From: Candidatus Latescibacterota bacterium
Lineage (GTDB): Bacteria > Latescibacterota > UBA2968
NCBI GenBank assembly: GCA_965198115.1
Contig: OZ240241.1
Location: 576,001 to 640,000 of the forward strand
Length of the DNA: 64,000 nucleotides
Reading direction: 5' to 3'
How positions within the stretch are numbered: the stretch's first letter is position 1; each line of letters starts with the position of its first letter. Positions 45,540-57,716 of this stretch are shown here, piece by piece. Position numbers and translations under genes: made by a program. The notes under the pieces were generated by a model. The model saw only the letters and a program-made list of their open reading frames with translations, was not told the origin of the DNA and ran no database searches.

Positions 45540-46253
45540 GTTCGTCGGATGCCCGGGTCTCAAGATCGTCGTAATGAGCTTGCCGCTTTGGCCTTCATAG
45601 ATATGTAGCGGCATATAGCAGTGTTCATTGTAATACGCGTTGAAGAGTGAAAATTGTTGCGCACCGTGCGTTGGGTCATCCGTGTCGTCGATATCGAGAA
45701 TGATGCTTGGGGGTGCCTGGTCATACGATGCGATGAACCCGTCTACAAAAGCCCGTGCGAGCCGATACAAATCCGAGCGTCGCACATCATTCTCAAGTCG
45801 TGTCATCGTTGATTGGCTCCCGAGATCAGGACCGGAAAGAGGAAGCCGATCGCAGGCAGCCTTGACGCCCGGATCGTGGCGCAAATCATCACAATCGACG
45901 GCATCTTCATAGCCGCAAGCGATCTGAAAAACACGCTGCTTCACAAGATCCAAAAGCGTGTGATCGATATAGCTTGGGTGACGACGATCTCGCAAAGCAT
46001 CTACCATTCTGGCGATCAATCCCATCTGAGACTCAAGGGCGCGAAGCAACAGAACTCCACCGTCACTCCTGACGGCGCCACCGGCAAAATCAGCCTCAAC
46101 TACCTTGCCCGAAATGCTTGCGAATGGTAACCGGATCTGACTAGGTTCTATCACGGTAGTTCCTTCCAAGTGTTGTTTTGATGTGTCAGCCCTAATGTAG
46201 GGAAAAACAAACACTTGTACAAGGAGACTACCTTTTTTAGGGCATAATTCAGG
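45540..46253 (-). mobile_element. IS1380 family element, 3'-truncated
   Basis: CCTGAATT end; SDGGVLLL, GYEDAVD..LRHDP, LDIDDTDD.HG.Q, LRPG. Confidence 0.88.
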
Positions 46254-46474
46254 CTAAGCGTCGCCATTCACGTCTAGTTTACCCCTCAGTCATCCAGGCC
46301 GGGGGGCTTCTTCGTTGCAGATATCCATGTAGCTGACTCCCGGTTTCGCCAGCCAGCCGCCACTGAGCCCTTGCTCGTTCTGTAGAATCTGGCTACAGTT
46401 GTACTGATTTGCTCCCTCTCCCTGAAAGATCGGAAGAGGGAGCTCTGCGTTTTGGCCATTCTCGGGAAGCAGGT

Positions 46475-46750
46475 ATGGGGATGGGAGAAGGTGAGAACAT
46501 AGGTGGCTATCATCGGCTGGCGGCCGCCGTCATCGTGGGTGCTGTGCAAGATTACACGGAGGCGAAGGTGACGATGGACGGTCGTCCCGGTTCGTCACGG
46601 ATCGTGGCAGAAGTAGACCGGCGGAGTGCGGAGCGTTTCCTGAAAGGTCGCGGGCTCGACTTCTGGGCTGTCGCGGCCGGCGTGGAGGCACAGGCGCTAC
46701 GGGAAAGAGTACTTTGTCCTGAAGCCGTCTCTGAGACTGGGCATGCTTGA
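46475..46750 (+). CDS. hypothetical protein, phage-like
   Basis: LAAAVIVGAVQDY...SAERFL resembles small prophage proteins. Confidence 0.4.
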   Translation: MGMGEGENIGGYHRLAAAVIVGAVQDYTEAKVTMDGRPGSSRIVAEVDRRSAERFLKGRGLDFWAVAAGVEAQALRERVLCPEAVSETGHA

Positions 46751-46854
46751 TTAGCGATCCCAGAGGAGTTTCTCTTTGCAGCGAAACATCTTCACTTTCG
46801 AGATCGGCGATCGTCATTGTGAGATATACATCTGCAGCCACTGCCTGACGCATT

Positions 46855-46949
46855 TGCTGGGCGGGACGATCGGCGTGGAGAGCGAAGTCGGGAAGGGCAG
46901 CACGTTTACGGTGCGGGTGCCGGGGAGCTACCACCAGCCTAAAGCCTGA
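46855..46949 (+). repeat. orphan HATPase C-terminal tail
   Basis: LLGGTIGVESEVGKGSTFTVRVP-stop; similar to 43140-43236 and 48220-48318. Confidence 0.7.
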
Positions 46950-46963
46950 AGTCCCTGCTGTCT

Positions 46964-47959
46964 TCAGCGCACGTGGACCTCGATCACATCGCCGTCCTGG
47001 ACGACGTGATCGCGCTTGACCTGCTGGCCGTCATACTTTTCGGACCCCCAAATGCGGGCGAAGCGGAAGGTGAGAGCCAGGTCCTTGTGGACGGCTTCGG
47101 CCACGTCCAGGACCGTGCTTCCCCGGGGCAGGACGTAGGGACGGGAGTCGTCGACCGGTTTGCCGGGAGGCTTGGTGTAGACGCGCAGGACGTTCAGGGC
47201 GCCGAACAGGTGAAGAGGCAATTCGTCCACATAGCGGCCGGGCCTCACCGAGACCGGTAAGACGGTGAACTCGCTTCCACACGCGTCCATCAGGGAGGCG
47301 AGGCCGGCGTCCGCTCCCGGTGTCTCACACTTGGTGGCCAGGATCAGCGCGTGTTTGACGGCCACGGAAAGGTTGGGGCTTGTGGTCTCCCGGTTGCCGG
47401 CAAGGGTCAGGTGGTGGTCTTCGAGGATGGCGGCGACGTCGAAGACCTGCTCTTCGGGATCGGGACGGGAGAGGTCCACGACAAGGAGCACGAGGTCGAC
47501 ATTCCGGACGATGTTGAACACCCAGGGCTCTGTGTGCGCCGCCGAGATTGGGGGCAGATCCACGAGCTGGATCTGGGCATCCTCGTAGGCCATCATGCCG
47601 ACGGTGGGTCGGTAGGTGGTGAAGGGATAGTCTGCTACCTGCGCGTCGGCTGCGGTGGTGGCGGCCACGATGCTGGACTTGCCAGCGTTGGGTTCGCCTA
47701 CCAGAGCGACTTGGCCCGCGCCCTCCCGCTCGATGTGGTCCAGCGTCGCTGTCCGGCCCCCCTTCTTCTTCCCCTCCACGGCATCCTTGCGGTGCCCCGA
47801 CAGGCGACGGCGAAGGTCAGCTCGAAGATGGTCAGTGCCCTTGTGCTTGGGGATGATCGCAAGCATCTCTTCAAGGGCCTCGATCTTTGCATCGGGCGTG
47901 GTCGCCTCGCGGTAGCGGTCCTCGGCTCGATGGTAGTCCGGTGGAAGGTTGGCAGGCAC
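46964..47959 (-). CDS. DRG/OBG family GTP-binding protein with TGS domain
   Basis: MPANLPP, PKHKGTD, GEPNAGKS, YPFTT, DLPP, C-terminal TGS (VYTKPPG..VHKD..DGDVIE). Confidence 0.9.
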   Translation of the reverse strand: MPANLPPDYHRAEDRYREATTPDAKIEALEEMLAIIPKHKGTDHLRADLRRRLSGHRKDAVEGKKKGGRTATLDHIEREGAGQVALVGEPNAGKSSIVAATTAADAQVADYPFTTYRPTVGMMAYEDAQIQLVDLPPISAAHTEPWVFNIVRNVDLVLLVVDLSRPDPEEQVFDVAAILEDHHLTLAGNRETTSPNLSVAVKHALILATKCETPGADAGLASLMDACGSEFTVLPVSVRPGRYVDELPLHLFGALNVLRVYTKPPGKPVDDSRPYVLPRGSTVLDVAEAVHKDLALTFRFARIWGSEKYDGQQVKRDHVVQDGDVIEVHVR

Positions 47960-48219
47960 GACGCGTTAGTTCCAGGTTGGGCGTAGATGATGGCGTGAGA
48001 TGGGGTAGGCGGAGACTTCACCCGAGACGGGGAATGCTTGGGGCCTGGGCACCGTGAGAGGCCCGGCATAAATAGTCTCATAGGTCGGGAGGTGCGTCAA
48101 GGTCGGATGAGGCGTGGAACATACGAGGAGGCGAGAAGCGCCACGAGCCTGGGGCTGGAGGCCCGAGGCAGAGGCAGCTTCGGTGGCCGAAGCCGACACG
48201 GGCAAAGACATCCTCCTCC

Positions 48220-48318
48220 GCGGAGCTGCTGGGCGGGACGATAGGCGTGGTGAACGAAGTCGAGAGGGGCAGCACGTTTACGGTGCGGGTGCCGGTGGAG
48301 TACACGGACACCACCTGA
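48220..48318 (+). repeat. orphan HATPase C-terminal tail
   Basis: AELLGGTIGVVNEVERGSTFTVRVPVEY-stop. Confidence 0.7.
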
Positions 48319-48538
48319 TTCCCCCGCGTTTGGACGCTGACACACCCAGACCCCACGTAGCCATAGGCAGACGACGCGAAGATTCCCTGACCAACTCTGG
48401 ACCCGCCAAGACGAACACTTCCGAAACCCCCACGTATCGACCCGAGAGCGACTGCCCCGGTATCACTTCAGCCTTCGCCTAATCCTCTCCATCAGCCACG
48501 CTTGCCCGCCGTTCCTCGCCATCGCATCTTGGGTTGCG

Positions 48539-50914
48539 ATGCGCGCCTATGCCACCATCCTCGCCCTGCTGCTGACGTTAGGCCCGTCCTAGGCCGTCGA
48601 GCCGACGCTCGCACGGCTGTCATTCTGGGTACCCGAACGGATGACCGAATTCGAAGCAGCGTACCAGAAGCGCGTGGTGCCCATTCTGCGACGACACAAT
48701 CTGGTGGAATTCTCAGGATCCGGACCGGCGGCTCTCGAATCCAGTTTAGCACGTTCATCTTTCATTCGTCTATTGGCGGTTGAATCGCCTGCCGAGTTCT
48801 TGGGTATTCGACGGGCACTTCTGTCCGATCCGGCGTTTCAGAAGGCCCGACGGGTCTTGGGGGCCATCTTTAACCCGTCGAGTTCTGATGGTCTGATCGA
48901 CGTGTACTTGGCAATCCACAGGTCGCCAGCAGGATCGGGCAAACAGGTTGTTGCTGGATCGGGACAGGGGCATTGGCGCACGTACGGTATACCCGACGGC
49001 CTGCCTCACAATAGGGTGAGTTCGATTGTTCAGGATCGCGAAGGGGCGCTCTGGTTCGGCACCGAGGGGGCCGGTGTATGTCGGTACGATGGGGACACTT
49101 ATACCACCTTCACTGAACAAGATGGATTGGCCAACAATAGGGTACGTGCGGTTTTCCAGGATCGAGAGGGTGCGCTCTGGTTCGGTACCTCGAACGGTGT
49201 GAACCGGTATGATGGAGAGCGGTTTACCATTTTCAACCGCCGAGATGGACTGGCACAGTTTGATATACAGTCGATTTACCAAGATCGAAAGGGGACACTC
49301 TGGTTTGGTCACTTCGGCCATGGAGTAACCCGCTATGATGGTGAGACTTTTGCCATCTTGAACCATATCGACGGACTGGCTTCGGGGGATGTATGGTCGA
49401 TTTTCCAGGATCGAGAGGGAGCGCTCTGGTTCGGCACCAAGGGTGGTGTGAGTCGGTACGATGGGGAGAGTATTGTCTCCTTCACGACTGAAGATGGCCT
49501 GGCGCACAATGATGTTGGGTCGATCTGTCAGGATCGAGAGGGTGCCTTGTGGTTTGGAACCCGGGGTGGTGGGATCAGCCGGTACAATGGAAAGACCTTT
49601 ACCACGATCACGAGCCGAGATGGCCTGGCTCACAATGACGTATTGGCGATTCAACCGGATCAAGAGGGGTTGGTGTGGTGCGGCACGAATGGCGGGGGCG
49701 TGACCCGCTATCGTCCGCCTACACCGGTACCGCCGCCCGTGTCTATTGATGCCGTCCTTGCAGATCGCCGGCATGAACGCGTGTCCGAGATTGCCATACC
49801 ATCCACCGTGGCACTCACCACGTTCGAGTTCCACGGAACGAGCTTCAAGACCCGTCCGGAGGCGATGGTCTACCGCTATCGGTTGAAGGGGTATCAAGAG
49901 GACTGGAAAACCACACGTGAGCGCCGTATGGAATATCATTCTCTGCCGAGAGGAACCTACACCTTCCAGGTACAGGCGGTGGATAGGGACTTGGTGTATT
50001 CAGAGGCGCCTGCGACCGCGACGCTGACTGTGCACCTGCCCTATGAGCGGATCGGCTGGATGTCGGCGCTCGGGATTTCGATTCTGCTGATCGGATGGCA
50101 GTCGGTGCGCGTGATCCTGAGGGACAGGAGGCTGCAGGTGGCAAACGCGGAGCTATCTGCGGCGAACGAAGAAATCCGCCTTCAGACGGAAAGGAAGTCG
50201 GCGTTCTTCGCTTCGATGGCGCACGAGTTGCGAACCCCGATGAACGCCATTAAGGGATTCACGGGTCTGATCATGAGGAGAGCAGGGGATCATCTTCCCG
50301 AGCGTCAGCAGCAGAATCTTCAGAAGGTGGACCTGGCATCGGATCACCTACTCAACATCATCAACGATCTCATGGATCTCTCAAAGATCGAGGCCGGACA
50401 GATGGACGTCAACTTAGAGGACTTTGATGTGGCGTCCCTGGTTTCGCTCTGTCGCGATACGGTCAGCCCGCTCGCCGAGCAGAAGAATGGCCTTGAGTTA
50501 GTTCAAGATGTGAAACATGTCGGGCAGGTTCACACCGACCGCCAGCGGCTACAACAGGTGCTTATCAATCTGCTTTCAAACGCGATCAAGTTCACAGATT
50601 CCGGGAGGGTAACCGTCCGAGCGTTCAGAGAGGGCGTGGACCTTGTACTGGCGGTCGAGGACACCGGTCAAGGAATCCCATCAGACGAATTGCAGACGAT
50701 CTTTGAAGAATACCGCCAGGTGAAGGGACGGTCAGACAGCAGCGTCCAAAAGGGAACCGGTCTGGGCCTGTCGATTACGAAGAAGTTCGCGGAGCTGCTC
50801 GGCGGATCGATCAGCGTGGAGAGCGAGGTGGGTAAGGGCAGCACGTTTGCGGTAGGGTGCCGATGGAGTTTTCGATCCAGTCGGAGTAATACGCAGTCGG
50901 GTTCGCCTTACTAA
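48539..50914 (+). CDS. sensor histidine kinase with propeller repeats and Y_Y_Y domain (in-frame TAG at 48590-48592 in the signal peptide; open from ATG 48641)
   Basis: Repeats of QDREGALWFGT, YRYRLKG, TM, AHELRTPMNAI, NLLSNAIKF, GTGLGL. Confidence 0.85.
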
Positions 50915-52179
50915 GTGCATGGTTTCATAAACATTATTACGTATGTCTTGAACATTATTTGTAGCTTATGTTCTCCTTCAAAAGGAGGAGAACAATGCCA
51001 AGACGTTCGCCTTATGTGGTGCTACTGTCTGAGAAGGAACGGGTCGACCTCGAGCGAATGGCTGGACAATATACGTTACCGTATTATCAAGTGATCCGAT
51101 CGAAAATCGTGCTTCTCGCCGCCGAGGGATTATCCAACAAGATTATCGCCCAACGGTTGGATGTCCCGCGTCCGATCGTAAGCAAATGGCGTAAGCGCTT
51201 TTTCGAAGAGCGTCTTTCGGGACTCGAAGATAGATCTCGTCCCGGGCGCCCGCCCGGTTTTCCCCCCCTCAGGTGGTCGTTCAGATCAAGGCGCTGGCGT
51301 GTGAACTACCGAGCGAGAGCGGGATACCGCTCTCGCGGTTCAGCTGTTCCGAGATTGCCGCCGAGGCAGTGCAAAGGGGCTTCGTTGCCAAGATCAGCGG
51401 CGCCACTGTCTGGCGCTGGTTGAACGAGGACGCGATTCGTCCTTGGTATCATCGCTCCTGGATTTTCCCACGGGACCCGGACTTCCAAACCAAAGCAGGT
51501 AGAGTCCTTGATCTGTATCACCGCCAATGGCAAGGAAAGCCTTTAGGGCCGAGGGAATATGTACTTTCTGCCGACGAAAAGACCAGTATTCAAGCACGAG
51601 CTCGCAAGCACGTTACCCTACCGCCAGCCTCGAACAGAGCGGCACGCGTTGAAACACGAATACGAGCGGAAAGGAGCCCTGGCCTATCTGGCTGCTCTCG
51701 ACGTGCACAATGGTCGAATCTTCGGTCTCTGTGAGTCTTCTTCGGGTATCGAGCCCTTCAACCGGCTCCTGAGCCTGATCATGAGCCGGAAACCCTATTG
51801 CTCGGCAAAGAAAGTCTACCTCATCGTGGATAATGGCTCCTCGCACCGAGGGCAAACATGCATCGACCGTATCCAGGGGAAGTGGCCAAACATCCACCCC
51901 GTTCACCTTCCGATCCACGCAAGCTGGCTCAATCAGATCGAGATCTACTTCTCGATCCTCAAACGCAAGGCTCTGACACCTATCGAATTTGCATCGCTCG
52001 AAGAGCTTGAGGCAAGAATCCTCGGTTTTCAGGAACGCTACGGACGTATCGCCACACCCTTCAAATGGAAGTTCACACGAACAGATCTCGCGGAGATGAT
52101 CGACAAACTCAGGTTCTACGATACGCCCTTGGCAAAGTCTGCTTAGAATACGTAACCGTATTTGAGAACAGGAGTACTA
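50912..52179 (+). mobile_element. IS630 family element, transposase frameshifted
   Basis: TA-flanked imperfect IRs; HTH orf from 50995, ADEKT, IVDNGSSH, SWLNQIE; shifts near 51265 and 51655. Confidence 0.85.
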
Positions 52180-52196
52180 AGTGGAAATGGGAGGGT

Positions 52197-52370
52197 GAAT
52201 CGCCCCGGGTATTCCGGAGGCTCGGTTAGTTGAGTACAGCCACCATTGGATGGTCATTCCGTTGCTTGTAGTGCCGCTGTTCGAACTCGATGGGTGGGAT
52301 GTCGCCGATGGGCTCCAGGAGTCTTCTGTTGTTGTCCCGGTCCACCCATTCGAGCGTGGCGAACTCGGTG
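52197..52370 (-). mobile_element. IS3 family right-end fragment (second IS3 type)
   Basis: EFATLEWV..NNRRLLEPIGDIPP.EFE followed by an IR ending CCGGGGCGATTCA. Confidence 0.7.
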
Positions 52371-52499
52371 TTGTCTTGGCGTCAACCACGCCCAGCATCC
52401 GACAAACAAGCTGCCACATCTCCGACTCGCCCGAAACTTGCGCCCCTACCCGGACCCAGATGCCCTTGCCACTGGAGGAAAGAACCCCGTTTATTCTTC

Positions 52500-55201
52500 C
52501 TATTCGCATCCGTTTTTCACGAAGCGAATTCCTTTCGCTCTTTCGGTGCTCAGCGTGAAACCGGTGACCTCGCCCTGTCCATTCCTGCCGAATACGAATT
52601 CCCTGTCTCCCACTCTGAATGTGTCTCTTTCTACGAATCTTAATGGATTCTCCGGTGCGTTCTGCTGCCTGAGAAAAATCCCGCGACCCTCGATCACCAG
52701 GCTGCAGGCTGAACGCAGTTCATCACTGTAGTACTCTCCTTCGAATTCCGTCGGTTCAAAATCGTGGAGAAGATACATATGCGCGATCCGGGTCGTGGAC
52801 ATGGGGGGATTCATTCCGCTGTGATTGCACAGGCAGATAACCGTAAAATGCTGCTTGGGGAAGTGGATCATCTGCGCCTGAAAGCCCAGCATGCTTCCCG
52901 CGTGATGGACCGTTTTCAGCCCCCTGTATTCCCCCACGAGGAGGCCGCACGCACATTTGAGCTGTTCGCCACTGTTCAACTTGCCGCACGTGAGTATCTG
53001 GGAGATAAACTCGCTGTCGAACAGCTTGCCGCCGTGAAAGCCCTGATCCCAGCGGTAGAGGTCTTCGACAGTGGTCAACAGACCACCGTCCCCTACCACC
53101 CTGAGATTCTTGGCATAACTTTGAAAGCCACCATCCTCCCCCGGCCTGTAGCTGATCACCCGATCCTTGCAGGGCGTGAGATCGTCGTCGAAAAAAGTGT
53201 CGTGCATCCGCAAGGGTTTGAAAATGGCTCTATCCGGGTTTCTCAACGGTGAAACTATAGAATGACAAGGTCATAGATCGTTCCCTACGCTTGGTTGTGT
53301 GTGTAGGACAATCAAAGCGAAGGGGGTGCGACCTATGACCGGGAGCAGATTACTATCGAAACTGCTGAGATTCAAGGGGTTCCGTGTTGTCAGCTGGTGG
53401 TTTGAGGGGAGAAGCTGTTTCGTCATCGCCGTAAAGCCACATAAGAATGGTTGTTGTTGTCCGGAGTGCGGCCGTCGAGGTAAAATCGTCCGCACAATGC
53501 CCATCCGCGTCGGTGGCGTGACATTCCGGTGTGCGGGTGGAGGGTCTGGCTTCTCTACCATCCTCGGGAGATTCGGTGTCCTACCCACGGTCGTGTGGTC
53601 GAGGAGATTCCGTGGGCGGAGCGGTTCTCTCGGGTGACGTATCGCTTCGAGTATGCCATGCTGCGCTACTGCCAGACCATGACGCAGAAGGCGGCGTCCG
53701 AGTTACTGCGCATCTCTGCCTCGACGCTGTCGGATCTCCTTCACCGATCCATCACGCGGCTTCGTGAAGGTCATCGTATCCGAGGGCTCAAAACCATCGG
53801 GATCGACGAGATCTCCTACGCCAAGCGTCACAGGTACGCCACGCTCGTTTACGATCTGGACCGCTCCTGCGTGGTGTGGGTTGGCCGCGGCAGGGCGCGT
53901 AAAACGATCGATCGGTTCTTCACAGAGGCTCTCAGTCCCTACCGGAGATCCAAGATCGAGTGGGGCCTGCTGCGACATGAGCGAAGCTTGAAGCTTACAT
54001 CGGAGCCATCCAGGAACACTGTCCGAATGCCAAGCTGGTCCTCGATCGCTTTCACATCGTCAAGGCTCTCAATGCCGCCGTTGACGAGGTCCGTAAGGAC
54101 CAGTGGCGTAAAGCTGCCCCGGATGAGCGCAAAGCCATGAAGGGCCTCCGATGGCTCCTCTACCGGCACTCAGCGACACGCTCCAGAGGGGATACTCGGA
54201 CACTCAAAGCACTGGAGAAGGCGAACTACCGAATCTATAGAGCCTGGAGACTCAAGGACGAGTTCGAGCAGTTCTGGGAATACAAAGCGCCCTGGGCTGC
54301 CGAACGCTTCCTGAAATGCTGGACGACGTCCGCACTCAGAAGTCGACTTGAACCCCTGCGAAAGTTCGTCAGGACCCTGCGACAGCACTTCTTCGGCGTC
54401 CTCGCATTCGTGAACACGCGTCTTACCAACGCCATCGCCGAAGGCCTCAACCGAATCGTCCAAATCGTCAAGAACCGAGCCAGCGGATTCCGCACACTCG
54501 ACGCATTACGATATGATCTTCCTTACCGTCGGAGACATAAACATCCCTGAGCAGATTCCGAAGAGGTTCCGCACACTCTAACCGCGCCCCCATGCCAGGA
54601 ACCACGGCACCTTCACCCACTTCATCTCGTTGAGAGATCCGGATATAGCCTTGAAAATGGCCTCTTCAGCGAATTCGCGAAGCGATTTCCCGCTCACGCG
54701 GCCGACAATCTCTGCCAACAGGATGTATCCCGAGTTGCTGTATAGATGCCTCTCTCCAGGCGAGAAATTCAGGGCTTTCTGGCGAGACAGGATCTCGATG
54801 GCGTCTTCATTCCCAAAACTCTCCTCCTGGCTCCGACCTGCCAGGCTGAACAGATCGAGATAGTCTCGGATTCCGCTGGTGTGATGAATCAGATGCCGGA
54901 TCGTGATCGGGCGCTCATACAGGGGAACTTCCGGTACATATTCACGTAGGTCGTCATCGAGCGAGAGGTCTCCTCGTTGAGCAAGGAGCACGATGCTTGC
55001 CGCCGTGAACTGTTTTGATGTCGACGCGATGTAAAAGACTGACTTCGACGTGAGTGGAATACCGTTTTCCAGATCGGACATCCCATACCCACGTGTGTAA
55101 ATGAGCTTCCCATCCTGGATGATGCCGATGGCGCATCCGGGCGAGTCAGGCTTGTCCCATTCGGCAAAGAGTTCATCTACCTTGTCGGTCAGCGATTTCA
55201 T
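52500..55201 (-). pseudogene. serine hydrolase (class C beta-lactamase-like) interrupted by ISL3
   Basis: ASTSKQF (SxxK), HTSG, YSNSGY; AIFK|PLRM rejoined after removing the IS. Confidence 0.9.
53226..54650 (+). mobile_element. ISL3 family element, transposase with several indels
   Basis: Same IRs as the 22774 copy; TSD TTGAAAAT; indels near 53500, 53963, 53990 and 54505. Confidence 0.92.
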
Positions 55202-55264
55202 TCAGTCTCCATCAAAGGTGTGCATGATGATGAGCCTAGACAGGATTCTGAGTTGGTTCGATGC

Positions 55265-56178
55265 TCAGTAATCTCTGAGGCCGCCGTCCGGGGCAATCAG
55301 CGGCGGGCGTTCGTAGGGCACCGGGGGATGGTGTTCGAACGCCTCTTCATTCAGTTCAATCCCAATGCCCGGTGCGTCGGGAACCATTAGATACCCGCCT
55401 TCGCGTTTGAGCGGCTCCTTCACGAGATCCCGCTTGGGATTTCGATCTTCATCCCAGGGATATTCCTGGATAGAGATGTTATGCACCGCCGCATCAATCT
55501 GCACGCACGCCGCTGTCAGCACGCAGCTCAGTGGGTTGTGGGGCGCCACCCCGACATAATGGGCCTCTGCCAGGGCGGCGATCTTTTTCACATTGGTTAT
55601 GCCACCGGCAAGGGACAGGTCGGGTCGCACATATGCAGCGCCCTGGTGATTCAGTAGATCCTGAAACTGGTAGATCGTATACAACCGTTCGCCCATCGCG
55701 AGCGGCACGGGCATATTGGCCGCCACATACGCCCACGCGTCCATATTCTCGGGTTCGATCGGGTCTTCAAAAAAATACAATCGGTAGGGTTCCAATGCCC
55801 GTCCCACGGCAATCGCCTCTGCGGGGCTGAGCCGGTTCACCACGTCAATCATAACATCCACATCCGGTCCCACCGCCTCCCGAACCGCCGCCACCCGTTC
55901 CTCGGCGTTGCGGATCATCGTCCCGTAACGCATGCCTTCCAGCCCGCGCCCTTCCTCAAAATCGGACGCGCCGAAATCCCCAAACGGATATAAACGAACA
56001 GCCGTGAATCCCTCTTCCACACACGCAACCGTCCGTTCTGCTAGCGCCTCGGGCGTGTCGCCTCCCAGATGGGTGTAGAGCCGTACTTTCTCACGTGTTG
56101 GCCCCCCGATGAGTTCGTAGACTGGCTTGCCCAGGGCTTTGCCTTTGACATCCCACAGTGCAATATCCAACGCTCCGA
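55265..56178 (-). pseudogene. mandelate racemase / galactonate dehydratase family enzyme, 5'-truncated by IS256
   Basis: DIALWDVKGK..PVYELIGG, FFEDP, MGERL, RPD, APHNP; the N-terminal part is missing. Confidence 0.85.
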
Positions 56179-57552
56179 GAGTTCAGGTCAATAGGTGTGT
56201 AAAAGAAATCAGGCGGCCATCTTCCCGGTTTCGACCTGCGGTCCGGTTGAGTGTTTCTGATCGTAGACTTGTTGTAGCAAGTGTGGCGCGGTGAGTTTCC
56301 TGAATCGGCTCTCTGCGACCTTGAGCGTACGCCAGATGAGAGTCGTGGCGTTCCTGACTTTCTTGAATCGCCTGGCGGCGTTTGTGCGAAGCCGAACGGA
56401 AGCAAAGGGGCTCTCGACGACGTTCGTGGTTCTCAGGTGTTTCCAGTGTTCCTTCGGGAAGTCGTAGAACGTGACCATCCGATCCCAGTTTCTTTCGAGC
56501 GTCTCCACGGCGGCAGGGAACTGTGAGCGATACCGTGCGGCAAAGCGTTTCCGGAGCTTCTCGGCCTCCTTTTTCGTGCCGGCATAGGGGATCTGGACGA
56601 GCAGTGCGCGGGCTTCAGCCTGTGCACGCTTGGCGACCTTGTCGAGCACGTTGAGGATCTTGTGGTTCCAGCACCGTTGTTGCCGGCTCTCTGGCCAGAC
56701 CTGATCAACGGCCGCCCAGATGCCCATATTCCCGTCCGCGGCGATCAGGACAGGATGTTCGAGCCCGCGATCCCGGAGATCCCGGAGCACCGTGAGCCAG
56801 GATTCTGTAGACTCTCGATAACCGGGTTCTATCGCCAGGATCTCCTTGCTGCCGTCGCTCATCGCGCCGATCACGACCAGCAGACACGCCTTCTCGCGCT
56901 CGAGCCCGGCTTTGACGTAGATGCCATCAGCCCAGGCGTAGACCAGTTCGCGATTATCCAGACGCCTTTCTTTCCAGTCCTGGAAGTCGACCTCCCACTT
57001 CCCTCGAAGACGAGCGATCGAGGTCGGCGAAAGCGGCGCGCCATCACCGAGCAGCGCACGCAAAGACAACTCGAAGTCGCCCTGGGAGAGACCGTGGAGA
57101 TAAAGGTCGGGAAGCAGATCTCCAATGGCCCTGGTTCTCCGGGCGAACAGGGGGAGGATGCGGCTTTCAAACCGCTCTTCCAGACCACGAACCCGGGGAC
57201 GCCGGACCTTGATCGTTCCGCAGCTCGTCGAGAGACGCCGGGGCTTGCCGTAGCCGTTCCTGTAGCCCGTGGAGCTATCGACCTCGGCTCGGCGCTCATA
57301 CCACGACCGGCCCAAGAACGCGGTCGCCTCCTCCTCCAGAATGGACTGGAACCGGCCCTGGATCTCTTCACGGATCCAATCGTCAACCGTCTCCCACGTC
57401 GGCATGGACTTCAATGGGGCTCTATGCGTATGTTCCTTCACGGCGATCCTCCTTCCCAACCGGGCCTCTCACCCGGTTTTGTGTGAATCAACTATCTCAC
57501 GGGAAGGGTAGGGTCGCCCTTTCTCTTTTTCCACACCTTTTGATTATAGCTC
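56179..57552 (-). mobile_element. IS256 family element (type A), second copy
   Basis: Near-identical to 4046-5419; no TSD. Confidence 0.92.
56209..57459 (-). CDS. IS256 family transposase
   Basis: 416 aa, few substitutions relative to 4139-5389. Confidence 0.92.
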   Translation of the reverse strand: MGRRIAVKEHTHRAPLKSMPTWETVDDWIREEIQGRFQSILEEEATAFLGRSWYERRAEVDSSTGYRNGYGKPRRLSTSCGTIKVRRPRVRGLEERFESRILPLFARRTRAIGDLLPDLYLHGLSQGDFELSLRALLGDGAPLSPTSIARLRGKWEVDFQDWKERRLDNRELVYAWADGIYVKAGLEREKACLLVVIGAMSDGSKEILAIEPGYRESTESWLTVLRDLRDRGLEHPVLIAADGNMGIWAAVDQVWPESRQQRCWNHKILNVLDKVAKRAQAEARALLVQIPYAGTKKEAEKLRKRFAARYRSQFPAAVETLERNWDRMVTFYDFPKEHWKHLRTTNVVESPFASVRLRTNAARRFKKVRNATTLIWRTLKVAESRFRKLTAPHLLQQVYDQKHSTGPQVETGKMAA

Positions 57553-57716
57553 GTCTTCCCCGACCCCTCTTCTTCGGCTGCACGGTCATTTTGCCTCGCT
57601 TTCTCGATCTTTTTGATTGATCAGGTGCTCGATCACGCGGTCCGCGAGGACCTTGAGTCAGAGCGTTCCGAAACCAAAAATGCTTACCGATGACGCCCTG
57701 GAGTCCCTTTGAAAAA

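Noticed and set aside
49000-49710. Periodic ~126-bp repeats as a CRISPR or DGR template
   Set aside because: They are in-frame propeller blades (QDREGALWFGT); no reverse transcriptase seen
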